Source of the DNA: Lytechinus pictus
Lineage: Eukaryota
Length of the DNA: 64,000 bases
Assembly (NCBI RefSeq): GCF_037042905.1
Contig: NC_087250.1
Span: forward strand, 16,866,001-16,930,000
Direction of reading: 5' to 3'
Shown piece after piece: positions 23,936 to 38,360 of the stretch. Position 1 is the first letter of the stretch. Every line of letters starts with the position of its first letter. Made by a program: the position numbers and the translations under genes. Under the pieces are notes generated by a model. That model did not search any database. It was not told where the DNA came from and saw only the letters and a list, made by a program, of their open reading frames with translations.

Positions 23936-26900
23936 TAGTCTAGGTGATTGGTGAAAAAAACGTTCAGAAAATGATACAAGCATGAAAGTCGGCACAAAGG
24001 TAGAGTAAGTTATTCTAATTTATTTTAGCAGGGGGTGCCAACGTGAGTTCACCAAACATAGCAACGGTTGCTAGGTAATATATTTCCCTTCGCAACTTAG
24101 CTTTATTGGGCTTGAGTAACATTTTCACAAGCGATATGTCATACGAATTTTAATCTAAAGCATGTTCCTTTGTATCACAGCAGTTTTTATCCATTAATTC
24201 ATAGTAACGGTTGCTAAGTTACCCTCTTCCGTAGCATCTAATTCTTTATCTTAGTTCAGATCATTACAATTTACTCAGAATAGCTCAGAAATTCAATCTG
24301 GGCCCATATATTCGTCATGTGATGAATGTTTTCATAGGTAGACCCAATGAGTACCATAGCAACCGTTGCTAAGTAACATTTTAAACGGTAACCAATCATA
24401 ATAGGGTATCTTTTTATCATAATTTCTATAAATCGCATCTTTTCTATTAAAGCATTAATCACAACAACCCAAGAACAATTATACCATGTATACAAGCCCA
24501 TATATGCGAAGTAGTTGCTAAGTAATTACGTTATCTGTAGCAACCAATGGTTAAAGGCCGTAAGGTAAGATAATTGATGTGTATAAATCATAGAGGTACT
24601 AATAGATGCTTATAAAGTAAAACCTTGCACAAATTAAATTAACTCATGATATGGTTCATATTTCCAAAGACGATGTCTATGCGTTCCATATTATTGGTAT
24701 AATAATACTTATTGCATGTTAAAAGAACCTCACCTTAACACCAATCTTTATCCATTTAGAAACCATAATTATTATGGAATAAAGTAAACATAAGTAAAAG
24801 ACCGACCCTTGGAAAGAATTCCAAAATATCGACATTTAGCAAGAGGTCACTCTTGTAGAAGAACGGTTGCAAGAGCTCCCCAGGAGGTCATGGGTACTTA
24901 ACTAAATATATCTGATCTTGGAGAGATAAAAGAATGACCACCAAGAAACTAAGTTTAGAATTATTTCAAACATCAAAATCTCGCCAGAAGTTAATTTTCA
25001 AATGAGTACTCGGATAACAATTTATTTCTTGTTAACAATAACAGTAGTCGTTCGCTTGTAATCCAACACATTTTCCCTTAGTTTACCAACTTTCTTCCGT
25101 ACCCTGCAATGAAGATCATATTAGTTCTCCATGTCGTTCCCAAACCAAATGCCACGGGCAGGGGTCGATTTTGACCAGGCATTTGAATTAGATCAATCCT
25201 GCGCAGCTACGGGATCTATCATCTATTTGGACCATTCAGTTCCGTTTCCTGGCCTGTTGGCCTGAATCCTGCAGCTCCACGATCTATCATGACGTGACAG
25301 ATCTTGCTAGAGTTGATTTGGACCCGTCAGTTCCGTTACTATATAGGCATGCTGGCCTGGATCCTGGAGCTAAATGACTTGATCCTGCTGAATTTGATTT
25401 AGACCTGTCCGTTCTTTTTCCAAGTGTTTTGACCTGGAACAATCCTGCAGCTCCAGGATTTGTCATCACGTGAAAGATTTCACAACAGTTGATTTGGACC
25501 AGCCAGTTCTGTTTTCAGGCGTGCAGGCATGGATCCTGCAGCTCAGAGGTCTATCATGACTTGATAGATCTTGCAGGACTATGCGCCTCTGATTTTTTCA
25601 CCTACGTATGTGAAGCACTTGTGATATCAGGTTGGCTTGACGCGATCCATACTCTTCCACAGAACAGTAGCATGAAGTTCTGATATTCTTCTTCCTTACA
25701 TATACCTCTTATACTTGTTGGCATGTCCAACTCAGATGAAAATGATTCTGCAGATGGCACTACCACCTTGTCTCGCAATATAATTTCCTTATGGAGAGAA
25801 ATGTTTCTTACACTTTGATTGATGAACAATTAATTGTCCCATTGAAGAGGATGATGACTGTAACTTTCTTGATGTATTCCTCTGTTGCCTCTGATATTCT
25901 TTGTCGAGCATACTGCATGCTTCACAGTGGTCATGCTTTCCCGTACTTATGATTAACCCAGACAGTCTTAACTTAAATTTTGGACGAAATATATGCCCTA
26001 CTTTGAGAAGTCATGTGCGACACATATAATGTACGTTCGATTAATTCGTTAGAATTGTACCCGAAGTCCCAGGCTATTGGAAACTTACAGTGTAAATATA
26101 AATCATTTATTTTCCTTCATCCTCTAGAAACTATTGCAAAATATCCTGTAAATTATGTAAATGACTCAAGTGCCCAGCATTATGATCAAATAAAAGATAC
26201 ATACAATGGCAATTGCGTCTAGTAAACTTGGGATTAGAATCATTTTTTTAAGATGCTCAAATACCCGGTAAAATGGGCAAGAATGATGAAAGAAGTAATT
26301 CCAAGCAGGTTGGAAAGCTCTGTACCAACACCTTGACACTGCTTTCCATTTTCCAACCATACTTTTTGATGACCTGGTACAACATACAATATCTTGCACA
26401 TTACCGCTTTATCTTCATGATTTGTAGGATGCAGCGTTAATGATTAGTGTCAATTACAGAGATAACAATTTCTCTTAAAAGATTTTGCTGTATAATCGAC
26501 ACATTAATGTATGCTTCGTGACATACTCACAAGTGGTACATGGGCAATCGATTTTTTAAGCTGTTTCAGGTCTACTGTCCATGCTATGCATTGAACATAT
26601 CCAGTCAATGATGCTTGAGGCTCGTTTCAGGTCTACTGTCCATGCTATGCATTGAACATATCCAGTCAATGATGCTTGAGGCTGTTTCAGGTCTACTGTG
26701 CATGTTATGTACAGTGAACATACAGTCAATGATGCTTGAGGCCGTTTCATGTCTACTGTACATGCTTTTCAAGTCAGTCAATAATATCAAAACTTTCCTG
26801 ACAAGTAAGTGTGTGGGCATTAATCGCCATTGCTTCCCAATGAAGCTTTGTCATTTGGGAGCGATTATTCAGATTCCCTTTGCCCTAAAATTTCAGTGTC

Positions 26901-27550
26901 TTTCCCAGTGTTCCATGTACATCCACTACAATACCCTGTCTCATTTTCATAACAGGCGAGATCCTATATAATTATTAAATAGTAAGCACATTCAATGACC
27001 CAGTAATGATTTTTGTCGGTGTGTTAGCCGCGTGATGTATGAAGAAAAATAATCAAATCATGTATATCAAAATTAGGTTTGTTACCTAGATACGAATATT
27101 ATGCAGATATTATAATTATTTTGATTGCTTCTGAATTTTTCAGACTTATGAGACATTTTAAACTCCCAGGTTTCATACTTTGACCAATTTTCTAACCATT
27201 TTCATTCAAATATTATGACCAGATGGTGTATTCAGAAATATTATCTATAGTTCATATGGAAAATGTGTTGCTTAGCAACTGTTGCTGTACTTAGTTGGAA
27301 CGTTGGTATGTGATTGTAAAATTGGCGCTTAGAAGTCAAACTATAGTTTTTAACATGTAGATAACACCCCAAAATGGTAGTTGCTAAGGTAAATATGTTA
27401 CCTAGCAACTGTTGCTATACGAGGAGAGATCAGGTTGGCACCCCCTGCTAAAAATGTTCAGCACTGTTTACTCTACCTGTCAGCCAAATTTCATGCTTGT
27501 ACCATAATCTGAACAATTCTTGCTATTTTTTGCACCGATCATCCAGACTA
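23936..27550. mobile_element. Academ-like non-autonomous DNA transposon, copy 2 only
   Basis: TAGT...ACTA termini with a long imperfect TIR and repeated AGCAACNGTTGCT motifs; 3 bp TSD ATA confirmed by the empty site CCTATATCCGG near 34767. Confidence 0.8.
26559..26770 (+). repeat. ~61 bp minisatellite, about 3.5 copies, inside the Academ-like element
   Basis: Repeating GCTGTTTCAGGTCTACTGTCCATGCTATGCATTGAACATATCCAGTCAATGATGCTTGAG. Confidence 0.9.
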
Positions 27551-27765
27551 ATATCCGGCACCCTAAATCGAAATTCAAAATATGGTGGATTATTGTATTT
27601 GACTCGTACTAATTGCAGTGACTTTTGTATTTAGCAAGCATAATTATTATCATATTTTTATGTTTGTAAAGTATTTTATTCCCGAGGATGGCCTATATCT
27701 GGACTGTTTTCATTTACAGATGTCAGTTACCAGATTCAAGAAAAGGCTTTTTATTGTTTACCTAA

Positions 27766-28367
27766 AGGGATGGTCCGGGCTTAAAATATTTCTATCTAAA
27801 TAAATAGAGTAAAATTCACAAAGCAAAATGCTGAAAATTTCATCGATATTGGATAACAAATAACGAAGTTATTGAGTTTTGAAGATTATCAATAGTTTGT
27901 TAAAACAGTTATTTGCACATCGTCATGAATATTCATTAGGTGGGCTGATGATGTCACATCCCCACTTTGCTTTTTTTCTTACGTTATTACATGAAATCAT
28001 AATTGTTTCATTTTTTCATACATGTGTAAATGATGTGTCTCCATTCTGATGAAATAAGTTGCAGCAAACTAATGCAATTAATCAGTTTTCAATTCAATTG
28101 TTTTAGTTCTTGGTAGACATTTTTTGAAAAACCTGATTTCATATAATAAAATACAAAAGAACAAATGGGGATATGACATCATCAGCCCACCTAATGAATA
28201 TTTATGAGACATGCCTAGAACTGTTTCAGCGGAATAATGTAAGTAAATCTTTACAATTTAATAACTTCGTTATTTGTTACCCGATTTTGATCAAATTTTC
28301 AGCATTTTGCATTTTGAATTTTATTCTATTTATTGAGATATATATATCTCTAGCCTGGACCATCCCT
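27766..28367. mobile_element. Kolobok-like MITE shared by copies 2 and 3 (second at 34985-35543)
   Basis: TIR AGGGATGGTCC / GGACCATCCCT; absent in copy 1 (CCTAAGCATTAG near 13996). Confidence 0.75.
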
Positions 28368-29703
28368 TTCCCAAGCATTAGTTTAATTAATGATTTTCCT
28401 TTCCTTCCCTACCGATTTCTTCTCTTTCGCACATAATTGTATATAGCTGTTACTCTTTATTTTCATATTACGCAGGGGAGGGGGTCAACATCAAACCATG
28501 GATCTAGTTGCTCCATGATCAAACAGTCAAGCATAATTATAAATATGACGTGTGTAATAGTTCTAACTTTAAATTTTAGAAATTTTATCTATGTGATAAA
28601 CCATTGCAATGTATGTATAGGCATTTCGTGTAATGCGAGACTAAGCAATTTATTCAATGATTTATTTAATAATAGACAGTTTTTGTATAGCGCATAATTT
28701 AATTTTATTCTGTCAATCATAAAATTATATTCATAAAACAATCATTCCATCAACCAATCAATCAATCGAGTCAATTCATCCACCAATCTATCCATCCATC
28801 CATATATCCTCCCATCCTTTCCAGGCGAGACAAAAACAAAACCAAAAATACAAAGTACATACAAACCATTAGGTACACATGATGAATTTTGAAGAACACT
28901 CCTTTTAATAAAGCCACGGCAAACTCACACAGAATTTCGTATATTCTCTTGTATACCATGGGCATGATTGGTATGATTATATTGTAAGCATTGTATTAAT
29001 GTTTATATAGTGCATAAATATACAAAGCTTGATTCTATTAGTATTTTCAATTATTCTATTGAACATTGTTAATTTCTATTTGTATTTGATAAATTTTAAT
29101 CGTTATTTATTTCAGGGGACTCACATAAACAAGCGATGCTTTCCAGTGAGTTCCTTTTTTCATTTTTGTGATTAATATTCTGATTTGTTCCTACTTACTT
29201 TCTTAATCCGTTTGAAATGAAGAAAAACAAATTCAATCAATCAATCAATCAGAATTAAATATTAAAATGCATGTATTAAAATTAAATACATTAACAAACC
29301 ATTGGAAATGTAATAGGTGATTAGATATCATTCAATTTGCATTACTGAAATTTATCATCTTAACGGGAACAGTTTAAATTCTAATGTATATTGATTTTAG
29401 TTTTTGACCCAGGGGCCTATGGGTACTTTGTTTAATGTAGGCCTAAATGTTCATCAATGGCTTCACTATTTTCATGATTGTGGTTCTCCCGAATATGAGT
29501 GGAGCATGTACCATATCATTGAACTAAATACAATATTGGGCCTATACGCCTGTCATACCTATTTTATCATTGTTCATTATAAGTTTCAGAGAGGGGTTTA
29601 TGATGGCAGTGCTAACAATTTATGTAGGCCTACACTTTGAATATAGGCCTATTCTTTACATACACGGGTCGTGTGGTCCAGTGATTAGAGCATTGGACTC
29701 ATA

Positions 29704-30012
29704 GGCCAGTATTCTTAAGTCGGGTTTAATTTAAACTTAGGTTTAAAGTTGTGGTTTAAGTATGGATAGCCAATTGTTACATAAAACAGTAACAATAGAG
29801 ATATCATATTTCAGCTCATTTGACTCCCGAATCATATAATTGTCAAGGAAGTATAAATAGATGATTGTCTTCACCATCGATGAACCAAGAAATAGCAGAG
29901 TAAACATAAGTAACATAAAACTTAATAAAAAAATTGACTCTTTTGGCTTACCATAATTTTAGCACAGAGTTAGACCATGGTCTAAGTTAAACCTGACTTC
30001 AGAATACGGGCT
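29704..30012. mobile_element. MITE inserted in the SINE tRNA head, shared by copies 2 and 3 (second at 37223-37533)
   Basis: TIR GGCCCGTATTCTGAAGTC / GACTTCAGAATACGGGC, ATA on both sides; absent in copy 1. Confidence 0.8.
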
Positions 30013-30469
30013 ATAATCGCAAAGGTTGTGAGTTTGAATCCCCACTCTGCCACTGTCTCCACTTTGATAAATATGCCCACAAGTGATATCTGTCGTCTAT
30101 AAGGTCAGCCACTATAGCTGATTAACCTAGACGTAAAATATTTCCTACTTTAATTGGTTATTGTATACCAGCTTGGCGTTTGCCAGCAAAATGCTGTCCT
30201 GCCGAGTTACCATTAACAGAAACAGAATAAAGCAATTTCGATTATTATTTTCTTAATACCCAGGGGTATTAACCCCCGATTTATATATTGTCTATACCAC
30301 ACAACTTACGACTAGTGTAGATAAAGTACACATATTTCTATACGAAGAAAACCGTTATTATGTTTGTTATTACACTCTGAAAATCGGTTTATCTATAACT
30401 GTATAAAAATAGAACATGCATGTGTTGGAGTACAATAGTGTGCACAGTTTTTCAACATTTGAGTGTGTA

Positions 30470-30684
30470 TTGGTGCATTGGTGATTTTTTACCTGATTGC
30501 TAAGAAAGCATGAATGCTTGTAAGCAAGCAACAAGAGGACCGACGGCTTAAGGTCCTCTCCGAAGGACCTGGTACTGAGGATTAATGCCTTACCAAAGGG
30601 CACTAGCGCACCAAGTGGGAATCGAACCCGGGTCACCGAAATACGAGTCCCCCGCTCTACCGACTGAGCTATCGCGCCTCCTGT
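30470..30684 (-). mobile_element. tRNA-derived SINE, copy 2 only
   Basis: Minus strand has A box TAGCTCAGTCGG and B box GGTTCGATTCC; 8 bp TSD AGTGTGTA; empty sites in copies 1 and 3. Confidence 0.85.
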
Positions 30685-31933
30685 AGTGTGTAGTAAGGAA
30701 TCTCGACAGAGAAAAAACTTTATTTGTAATTGATTCCCTCATTTTAGTTCACAATGATAGTTATATTAAGGTCAATTGTTTGCACAGCGTTATTAAACAA
30801 TGTAACAATAATCACAGCTAAGATTGGCAATATTATTAATTCCATATATAAATCGAAATAATTGCTTTTAAAGCATCATATTTACAATAGGTTTTATATT
30901 AACAAACTAAGTGGAAACTGCATTTTAAGTGAATGTTCACATTGACGTCAAGTTCTTTTTTTCTTTTTGAAGGTAGCGAAAAGGTTAAAAGAAGTAAGCC
31001 ACATATGTAGACAATTTATTGACTGATAACTAAGAATTCTGAAATGTAGTCTGAAGACGTCACATGTTAAGAGCTCCACGATCATTTATGCCATGTAATC
31101 TACATTTCATTTGTATTTCTCTTTTTTTAGGGGTGGGGGTACTCATATATACACACACACATATACATATTTCAATTCATAGAGAATAATTATGTGGAAT
31201 AATAGGGCCGATAGTGTTCTTGCAAAATCCTTCTAAACCTTTCTGAGAAAAGGTAAATAGAGGGAGCTGTTAAATATTAAATGAAGACTTCAGACAATAT
31301 CCTCATCTTCGTTTCATAGAGACGCATGCGCAGAGTGCAAACATTAGGACACTAAAAGCGAACACTACTAAATATATCTGTGTTAAATGGCTACTTTTTG
31401 TGTTGTCTTGATAATAACCCACTATTAAAAAATAACAGGAGCTAAAGTTGCAATATGTGCAGCTTGCAAGTAAGTAACGTCACAAAATTAAACAAAATCT
31501 GAAAAGTATGTTTATATCAAAAATCTTTAATCTTATGTCATAAGTCCTTATTCATATTTTACTAACAACCCTTTTCTTAGCTTAGTCATACTGGTTTTAA
31601 TTGCTATATGTTAACTTCATCAGTGAATAAATGATATAATATTGTGTTTATTATTGTCCTTTTATGTTTGATTGAAAATCTGTAAATATTTTACTTTGTA
31701 TAATTTTTATTCGTATTTTGTTGAAGGAATACATTTGTAAATAAATCTAATTTAATCTAATATATTCTTTCAAACTTCGTTGATAATTTTAAAGAAATAT
31801 TTTCTTTTTGTTTTGTTTTTTGTTTTTACTGAAACCAAGTTGACGTCAGCATAAATATCGCTTCCCAAACGTCTATATCTCTCCATGAAAATTGAACCTT
31901 ATAAGTATCTTGGGGCCCTCTCGCGTTGACAAA

Positions 31934-32226
31934 TCAAGCTAGTCCAAAATAAGTACACCCGTCAACTCGGCTGAAAAATCGAGCATGCGCACTCTCCTTT
32001 AGCACGTAATTCAGCTCGCAAACACCGCCCTGAATGAAGTTGAAAGACTGGCACCCAACGATGTCAACACATATCATAGCGCATCGTAACTGGCTCACCA
32101 TTCGCACAGTCTCCACCACGTGACCAACTAGACAGTAGCCAATCAGATCACGTCCATTGTTATCTTTGCTTGGGAGGAACACGTTGGATTTGCTGATCTT
32201 GCGAAGTGGAGTTGTTCTGGGGGTAG
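31934..32226 (-). CDS. PAN/apple-domain terminal exon, copy 2
   Basis: Same acceptor, length, six Cys and stop as the other copies; AATAAA at 31711-31706. Use in mRNA unproven. Confidence 0.7.
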
Positions 32227-33745
32227 CTGCATGCAATTAATCAACACACAGTAAGGAAATAGTGATGAAGGAATAGTATTAGCAAAGCGTGCCTGTGAAT
32301 AGACCATTAACCATATTAGCAATTAAATTAACAGTATGATTAATAAAATGTAGTAGTACAAATGTAACGGAATGCAAGCATGCAGACATACCAGAGCATA
32401 TTCGCATCGGTACATGCCAAACTATGAATTAGTATATCTGGTTAATTTGTATGTGACATGTTACCCCAAACCCAAGTTAGTCGCCAGAGAAGACCCTCAG
32501 TACATAGAGAGAGGGAGATTAAAAAAAAAAGATACTTGACCTTCAAAATGTTAAAGTTACAAAATTTACCAGTTTCAAACAGCGCCTCTCCTTCTCCATA
32601 CAACTTCTCACATTTTTTTTACCCGGACCTCATGCTTGAGTGAAGCTTGACAGTGAAACCTTCTTGTCTCCTCATTTTTTCCTCATTGTTTGAAGGTCTC
32701 ACTAAATTTCTTCCATGCGAGTACGAGTTATTTCTTATCAATTTTAAAGCATAGTGTACGATTTTTTTATGCTCATTAAAATCTCACAATGATTTTGAGC
32801 AACTTATTGTTGATTATGCGGTGCCACGTCACATTTGCCAAAAATTGTTGTAAACAAAGTAAAAAAAACAGGTCTACAAGTTAAACTGAAATCGAAAAAT
32901 AGAAAGGAAAGAATCGGATAAAAAGAGATCTAGAAATGGGGGAGGAAATCAACAATACTAGGGGAAAATATAGAAAGATCAGCACAGACAGAGCGAGAGA
33001 GAGAGAGGGATAACGATGCAATTAGGTCACGCATTTAGTCGGTATTCGTCGTTATTATTTGCCATGTACAATTGCTATGTAAAATGCATCTATACTCTTT
33101 TGTTAAATTCACTGAACGGAAAAAATATCACTTCTAAAAAGGTGTACATTTGTATTATTCGGGTCGCATTAATCATAAATAATGATCCAATGCTTTTAAT
33201 CCAATTGATATTTGCTGTCATTTTCAATGCAATTTTCCTACGCTTTTTTTGCGGGTGTCATGATGTACCACGTTCAAGAGAAGTGCAATAAACTACAAGT
33301 AAGCATTCTCGAGAGTTTAAGCGAAGATGGAATTAAATGTAATGGATCGGTTACTTTATAGAGAGTTTCATGCATGATATGTTTTCTAAATGTTACTGAA
33401 GCTATGAAAGCAACAAATGACCACTTGACACCGCGCCTTTTTAGTAATCATAATAATATAAATGAACCTAGTTATTACTTTTAATAATAACAACACGTTA
33501 TATTTTGTATCGAATTCTGCAATATACTATTTTCGTCAATTGTCTCAATCGTCACAAACTAAAATTATATTTTCAGCAAAAGATAACTGTAATGAATGAT
33601 CAGATCGCTCGAGGCTGTATCATATTACCATACTTTGTATCGAATTATGGACTCCATAAGAACAAACACGTCGACATGACTATATATATTGAGTAGGCAT
33701 CTGGGTCAGTGTTGTAGTGTCTTGATGATCGGTCTTGGCCTTAAA

Positions 33746-34088
33746 TAATGCCGAAAAAAAAAATCTGCCGTGAATTGAACCCGGGCCTCCACCTTTGAAC
33801 GCCGGTGCCTTAACCACTAGACCACAGAGACGGGTTAGTGGCTAGGGCGACCACGATCCGATTGACCGTCAGATAGACAGATTTTCGACACTAGATCAAT
33901 ACCCACCTACACCCGACAAAGGAAATTATAATTGGTATAGTGTCGAAAATCTGTCTATCTAACGGTCAATCGGATCAGGGTCGCCCTATAGCCACTAACC
34001 CGTTTCTGTGGTCTAGTGGTTAAGGCACCGGTGTTCAAAGCTGGGGGCCCGGGTTCGATTCCCCGCAGATACATTTTTTTCGGCATTA
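33746..34088. repeat. Second inverted pair of tRNA-like sequences (33760-33831 minus, 34002-34073 plus)
   Basis: Near-identical to 22859-23199. Confidence 0.85.
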
Positions 34089-34214
34089 CCAATTTTTCCA
34101 AAGGGGAGATAGCTCTGGGGAACCTTGATTTAAGCTACGCCTACCATTGTTCTCTTCATCAATTTGTTTCACAAAATATTAAAAAAAAGCTGTTGTACAT
34201 GTATGATTTCACAC

Positions 34215-34279
<65 letters not shown>

Positions 34280-34287
34280 ACATATAC

Positions 34288-34326
<39 letters not shown>

Positions 34327-35891
34327 CGGAGGAGAGACGGGGAGACTGTTAGAGAATTAGATGAAGAATTTAAAATGAAAAGACAGAGAGAGAGAGAGAG
34401 AGGGGGTGGGGTAGAGGGATGCGGAATTGGCGAGATGACTGTGAGAGAATAAGAGGAAGAATTTAGAGAGGGTTGGGGATAGAGGGACGCGGAATTGGAG
34501 ACGAGACCGTGAGCGAATAAGAGGAAGAATTTAGAGAAAGGGGACAGAGAGAAAGGGGGTGGGGGTAGAGGGACGCGCAAGGGGAGAGAGTCTGATAGAA
34601 TTATGAGGAAAAATTTAACGAGAAGGGACAAAGTAATGGGAGGAGATGGAGGGATGCGAAGTGAGAAACAGGACACTGTGAAAGAACAAAGGGGAAATTT
34701 AATGAGAAGGGAAAGAGAGAGAGAGAGAGAGGGAAGGGGGGGTTATTTGCATAACAGAAGCCATACCTATATCCGGCACCCTAAATCGAAATTCAAAATA
34801 TGGTGGATTATTGTATTTGACTCGTACTAATTGCAGTGACTTTTGTATTTAGCAAGCATAATTGTTATCATATTTTTATGTTTGTAAAGTATTTTATTCC
34901 CGAGGATGGCCTATATCTGGTCTGTTTTTATTCACAGATGTCAGTTACCAGATTAAAAAAAAATGCTTTTTATTGTTTACCTAAAGGGATGGTCCGGGCT
35001 TAAAATATTTATATCTAAATAAATAGAGTAAAATTCACAAAGCAAAATGCTGAAAATTTCATCGAAATTGGATAACACATAACGAAGTTATTTGCACATC
35101 GTCATGAATATTCATTAGGTGGGCTGATGATGTCACATCCCCACTTTCCTTTTTTTTCTTACGTTATTACATGAAATCATAATTGTTTCATTTTTTCATA
35201 CATGTGTAAATGATGTGTCTCCATTCTGATAAAATAAGTTGCAGCAAACTAATGCAATTAATCAGTTTTCAATTCAATTGTTTTAGTTCTTGGTAGAAAA
35301 TTTTTGAAAAACCTGATTTTAAATGATACAATACAAAATAACAAGTGGGGATATGACATCATCAGCCCACCTAATGAATATTTATGAGACATGCCTAGAA
35401 CTGTTTCAGCGGAATAATGTAAATCTTTACAATTTAATAACTTCGTTATTTGTTACCCGATTTTGATCAAATTTTCAGCATTTTGCATTGTGAATTTTAT
35501 TATATTTATTGACATATAAATATCTCTAGCCTGGACCATCCCTTACCTAAGCATTAGTTTAATTAATGATTTTCCTTCCCTTCCCCACCGAGTTCTTCTC
35601 TTTCGCATAAAATTGTATTGTTGTTACTCTTTTTTTTTCAAATTACGTAGGGAAGGGGGTCAACATCAAACCATGGATCTAGTAGCTCCATGATCAAACA
35701 GTCAAGCATAATTATATACATGACGTGTGTAATAGTTCTAACATTTATCTATGTGATAAATCATAGCAATGTACGTATAGGCATTTCGTGTAATGCGAGA
35801 CCAAGCAATTTATTCAATAATTTATTTATTAATAGACAGTTTTTGTATAGCGCATAATTACATTTTATTCTATCAATCATAAAATTATATT

Positions 35892-36240
35892 ATACCAGAC
35901 TGAATAAACAGGCTCCAAAGTATTTAAGTAACTGCTTGAATCTGTATACACCAACTAGAGCACTTAGGTCAGCCAGTGATCACCTTCGCCTCACATATTC
36001 ATTAACTCGTACATTAGCTGGTGACATAACTTTTACGGTGTCGGCTTCAAAGTCCTGGAACCACCTGCCACTAATGATTAGACAGTCTCCAACATTAGCA
36101 ATTTTCAAAAAGTCATTAAAAACTCATCTCTTTCGTACTTTGTAGATTTTAAAATATTAAATTTAATTAATTCATTGTAAGCGCATTGGGCCTAATGGGA
36201 AAAGCGCAGTACAAATAATAAGTAATAATAATAATAATAA
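35892..36240 (+). mobile_element. 5'-truncated L2 LINE fragment, copy 3 only
   Basis: APKYL...YTPTRALRS...WNHLP..IR.....FKKSLKTHLF; 3' GCGC..GCGC stem-loop and (TAA)n tail. Confidence 0.85.
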
Positions 36241-37776
36241 TATATTAATCAAACAATCATTCCATCAACAAATCAATCAATCAATTAATCAATCGAGTCA
36301 ATTCATCAACCAATATATCCATCCATATATCTTCCCATCCTTTGCAGGCGAGACAAAAACAAAACAAAAATTACAAAGTACATACAAACCATTAGGTACA
36401 CATGATGAATTTTGAAGAACACTCCTTTTAATTAAACCACTGCAAACACACAGAATTTCGTATATTTTCTTGTATACCATGGGTATGATTATGTTGTAAT
36501 GATTGTATTAATGTTTATATAGTGCATAAAAAAACGAAGCTTGACTCCGTTAGTATTTTTCAATTATTCTATTGAACATTGTTAATTTCTATTTGTATTT
36601 GATAAATTTTAATCAGTTATTTATTTCAGGGGACTCACATAAACAAGCGATGCTTTCCAGTGAGTTCCTTTTCTTTTCATTTCTGTTATTTATATTCTGA
36701 TTTGTTCCTACTTACTTTGTTAATTCGTTTGAAATGAAGAAAAACAAATTCAAGCAATCAATCAATCAATCAGAATTAAATATTAAAATGCATGTATTAA
36801 AATTAAATACATTAACAAACCATTGGAAATGTAATAGGTGATTAGATATCATTCAATTTGCATTACTGAAATTTATCATCTTAACGGGAACAGTTTAAAT
36901 TCTAATGTATATTGATTTTAGTTTTTGACCCAGGGGCCTATAGGTACTTTGTTTAATGTAGGCCTAAATGTTCATCAATGGCTTCACTATTTTCATGATT
37001 GTGGTTCTCCCAAATATGAGTGGAGCATGTACCATATCGTTGAACTAAATACAATATTGGGCCTATACGCCTGTCATACCTATTTTATCATTTTTCATAG
37101 TTTCAGAGAGGGGTTTATGATTGCAGTGCTAACAATATTTATGTAGGCCTACACTTTGAATATAGGCCTATACTTTGAATACACGGGTCGTGTGGTCCAG
37201 TGATTAGAGCATTGGACTCATAGGCCCGTATTCTGAAGTCGGGTTTAATTTAAACTTAGGTTTAAAGTTGTGGTTTAAGTATGGATAGCTAATTGTTACA
37301 TAAAACAATAACAATAGAGATATCATATTTCAGCTCATTTGACTCCCGAATCATTCATAATTGTCAAGGAAGTATAAATAGATTATTGTCTTCACCATCA
37401 ATGAATCAAGAAATAGCAGAGTAAACATAAGTAACATAAAACTTAATAAAAAAATTGACTCTTTTGGCTTACCATAATTTTAGCACAGAGTTAGACCATG
37501 GTCTAAGTTAAACCTGACTTCAGAATACGGGCTATAATCGCAAAGGTTGTGAGTTTGAATCCCCACTCTGCCATTGTCTCCACTTTGATAAAAAGGCCCA
37601 AGAGTGATATCTGTCGTCTATAAGGTCAGCCACTATGACTGATTAACCTAGACGTAAAATATTTCCTACTTAATTGGTTATTGTATACCAGCTTGGCGTT
37701 TTCCAGCAAAATGCTGTCCTGCCGAGTTACCATAAACAGAAACAGAATAAAGCAATTTCGATTATTATTCTCTTAA

Positions 37777-38360
37777 AGGAGAATGAAACCCTTGAAACCA
37801 GCTGAATCACTAACAAAGAGAAAAATCAAAGAAACATATTGTTGAAAGTTTGAGGAAGATTGAATGAATAATAAGAAAGTTATGACCATTTGAATATTGA
37901 GACCACTAGTGCCATGTAGATCCTCCCATCGGCAATGCGACCAAGATCTGTGATGTCACACACGTACAACTCCCTCATTACTTTAGTACTTATTTCACTT
38001 ATATTCTCACTTTTATAGAGTCTATCACAAGGTGAGGTGTTCTTAATTATGAGATGACAAGTACAGAGGTTTCACAACATTATATCATTGATGAATCATT
38101 TGTCATATGATTAGAATGAGCAAAAAGAGATGTTTTGGGGTATATTTTCAGTGTCCAAATGGGAGAGTTGTACGTGTGTGACATCACAGATCTTGGTCGC
38201 ATTGCCAATGGGAGGATCTCCATAGCATTAGTGATTTCGACATTCAAATGCTCATAACTCTTTTATTGCTAGTCCTATTTTACTCAAACTTTTTTTGATC
38301 TTATTCTTTGATTTTTTTGCTTTCACAAAAGCTAACTTGCTCCAAGAGTTTCATTCTCCT
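37777..38360. mobile_element. Kolobok-like MITE with TTAA TSD, copy 3 only
   Basis: TTAA|AGGAGAATGAAAC...GTTTCATTCTCCT|TTAA; single TTAA at the empty site near 30253. Confidence 0.85.

Larger units (their letters stand above)
22858..33744 (+). repeat. Tandem segmental duplication, copy 2
   Basis: Collinear with copies 1 and 3; junction GGCCTTAA|ATAATGCCG at both ends. Confidence 0.92.
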
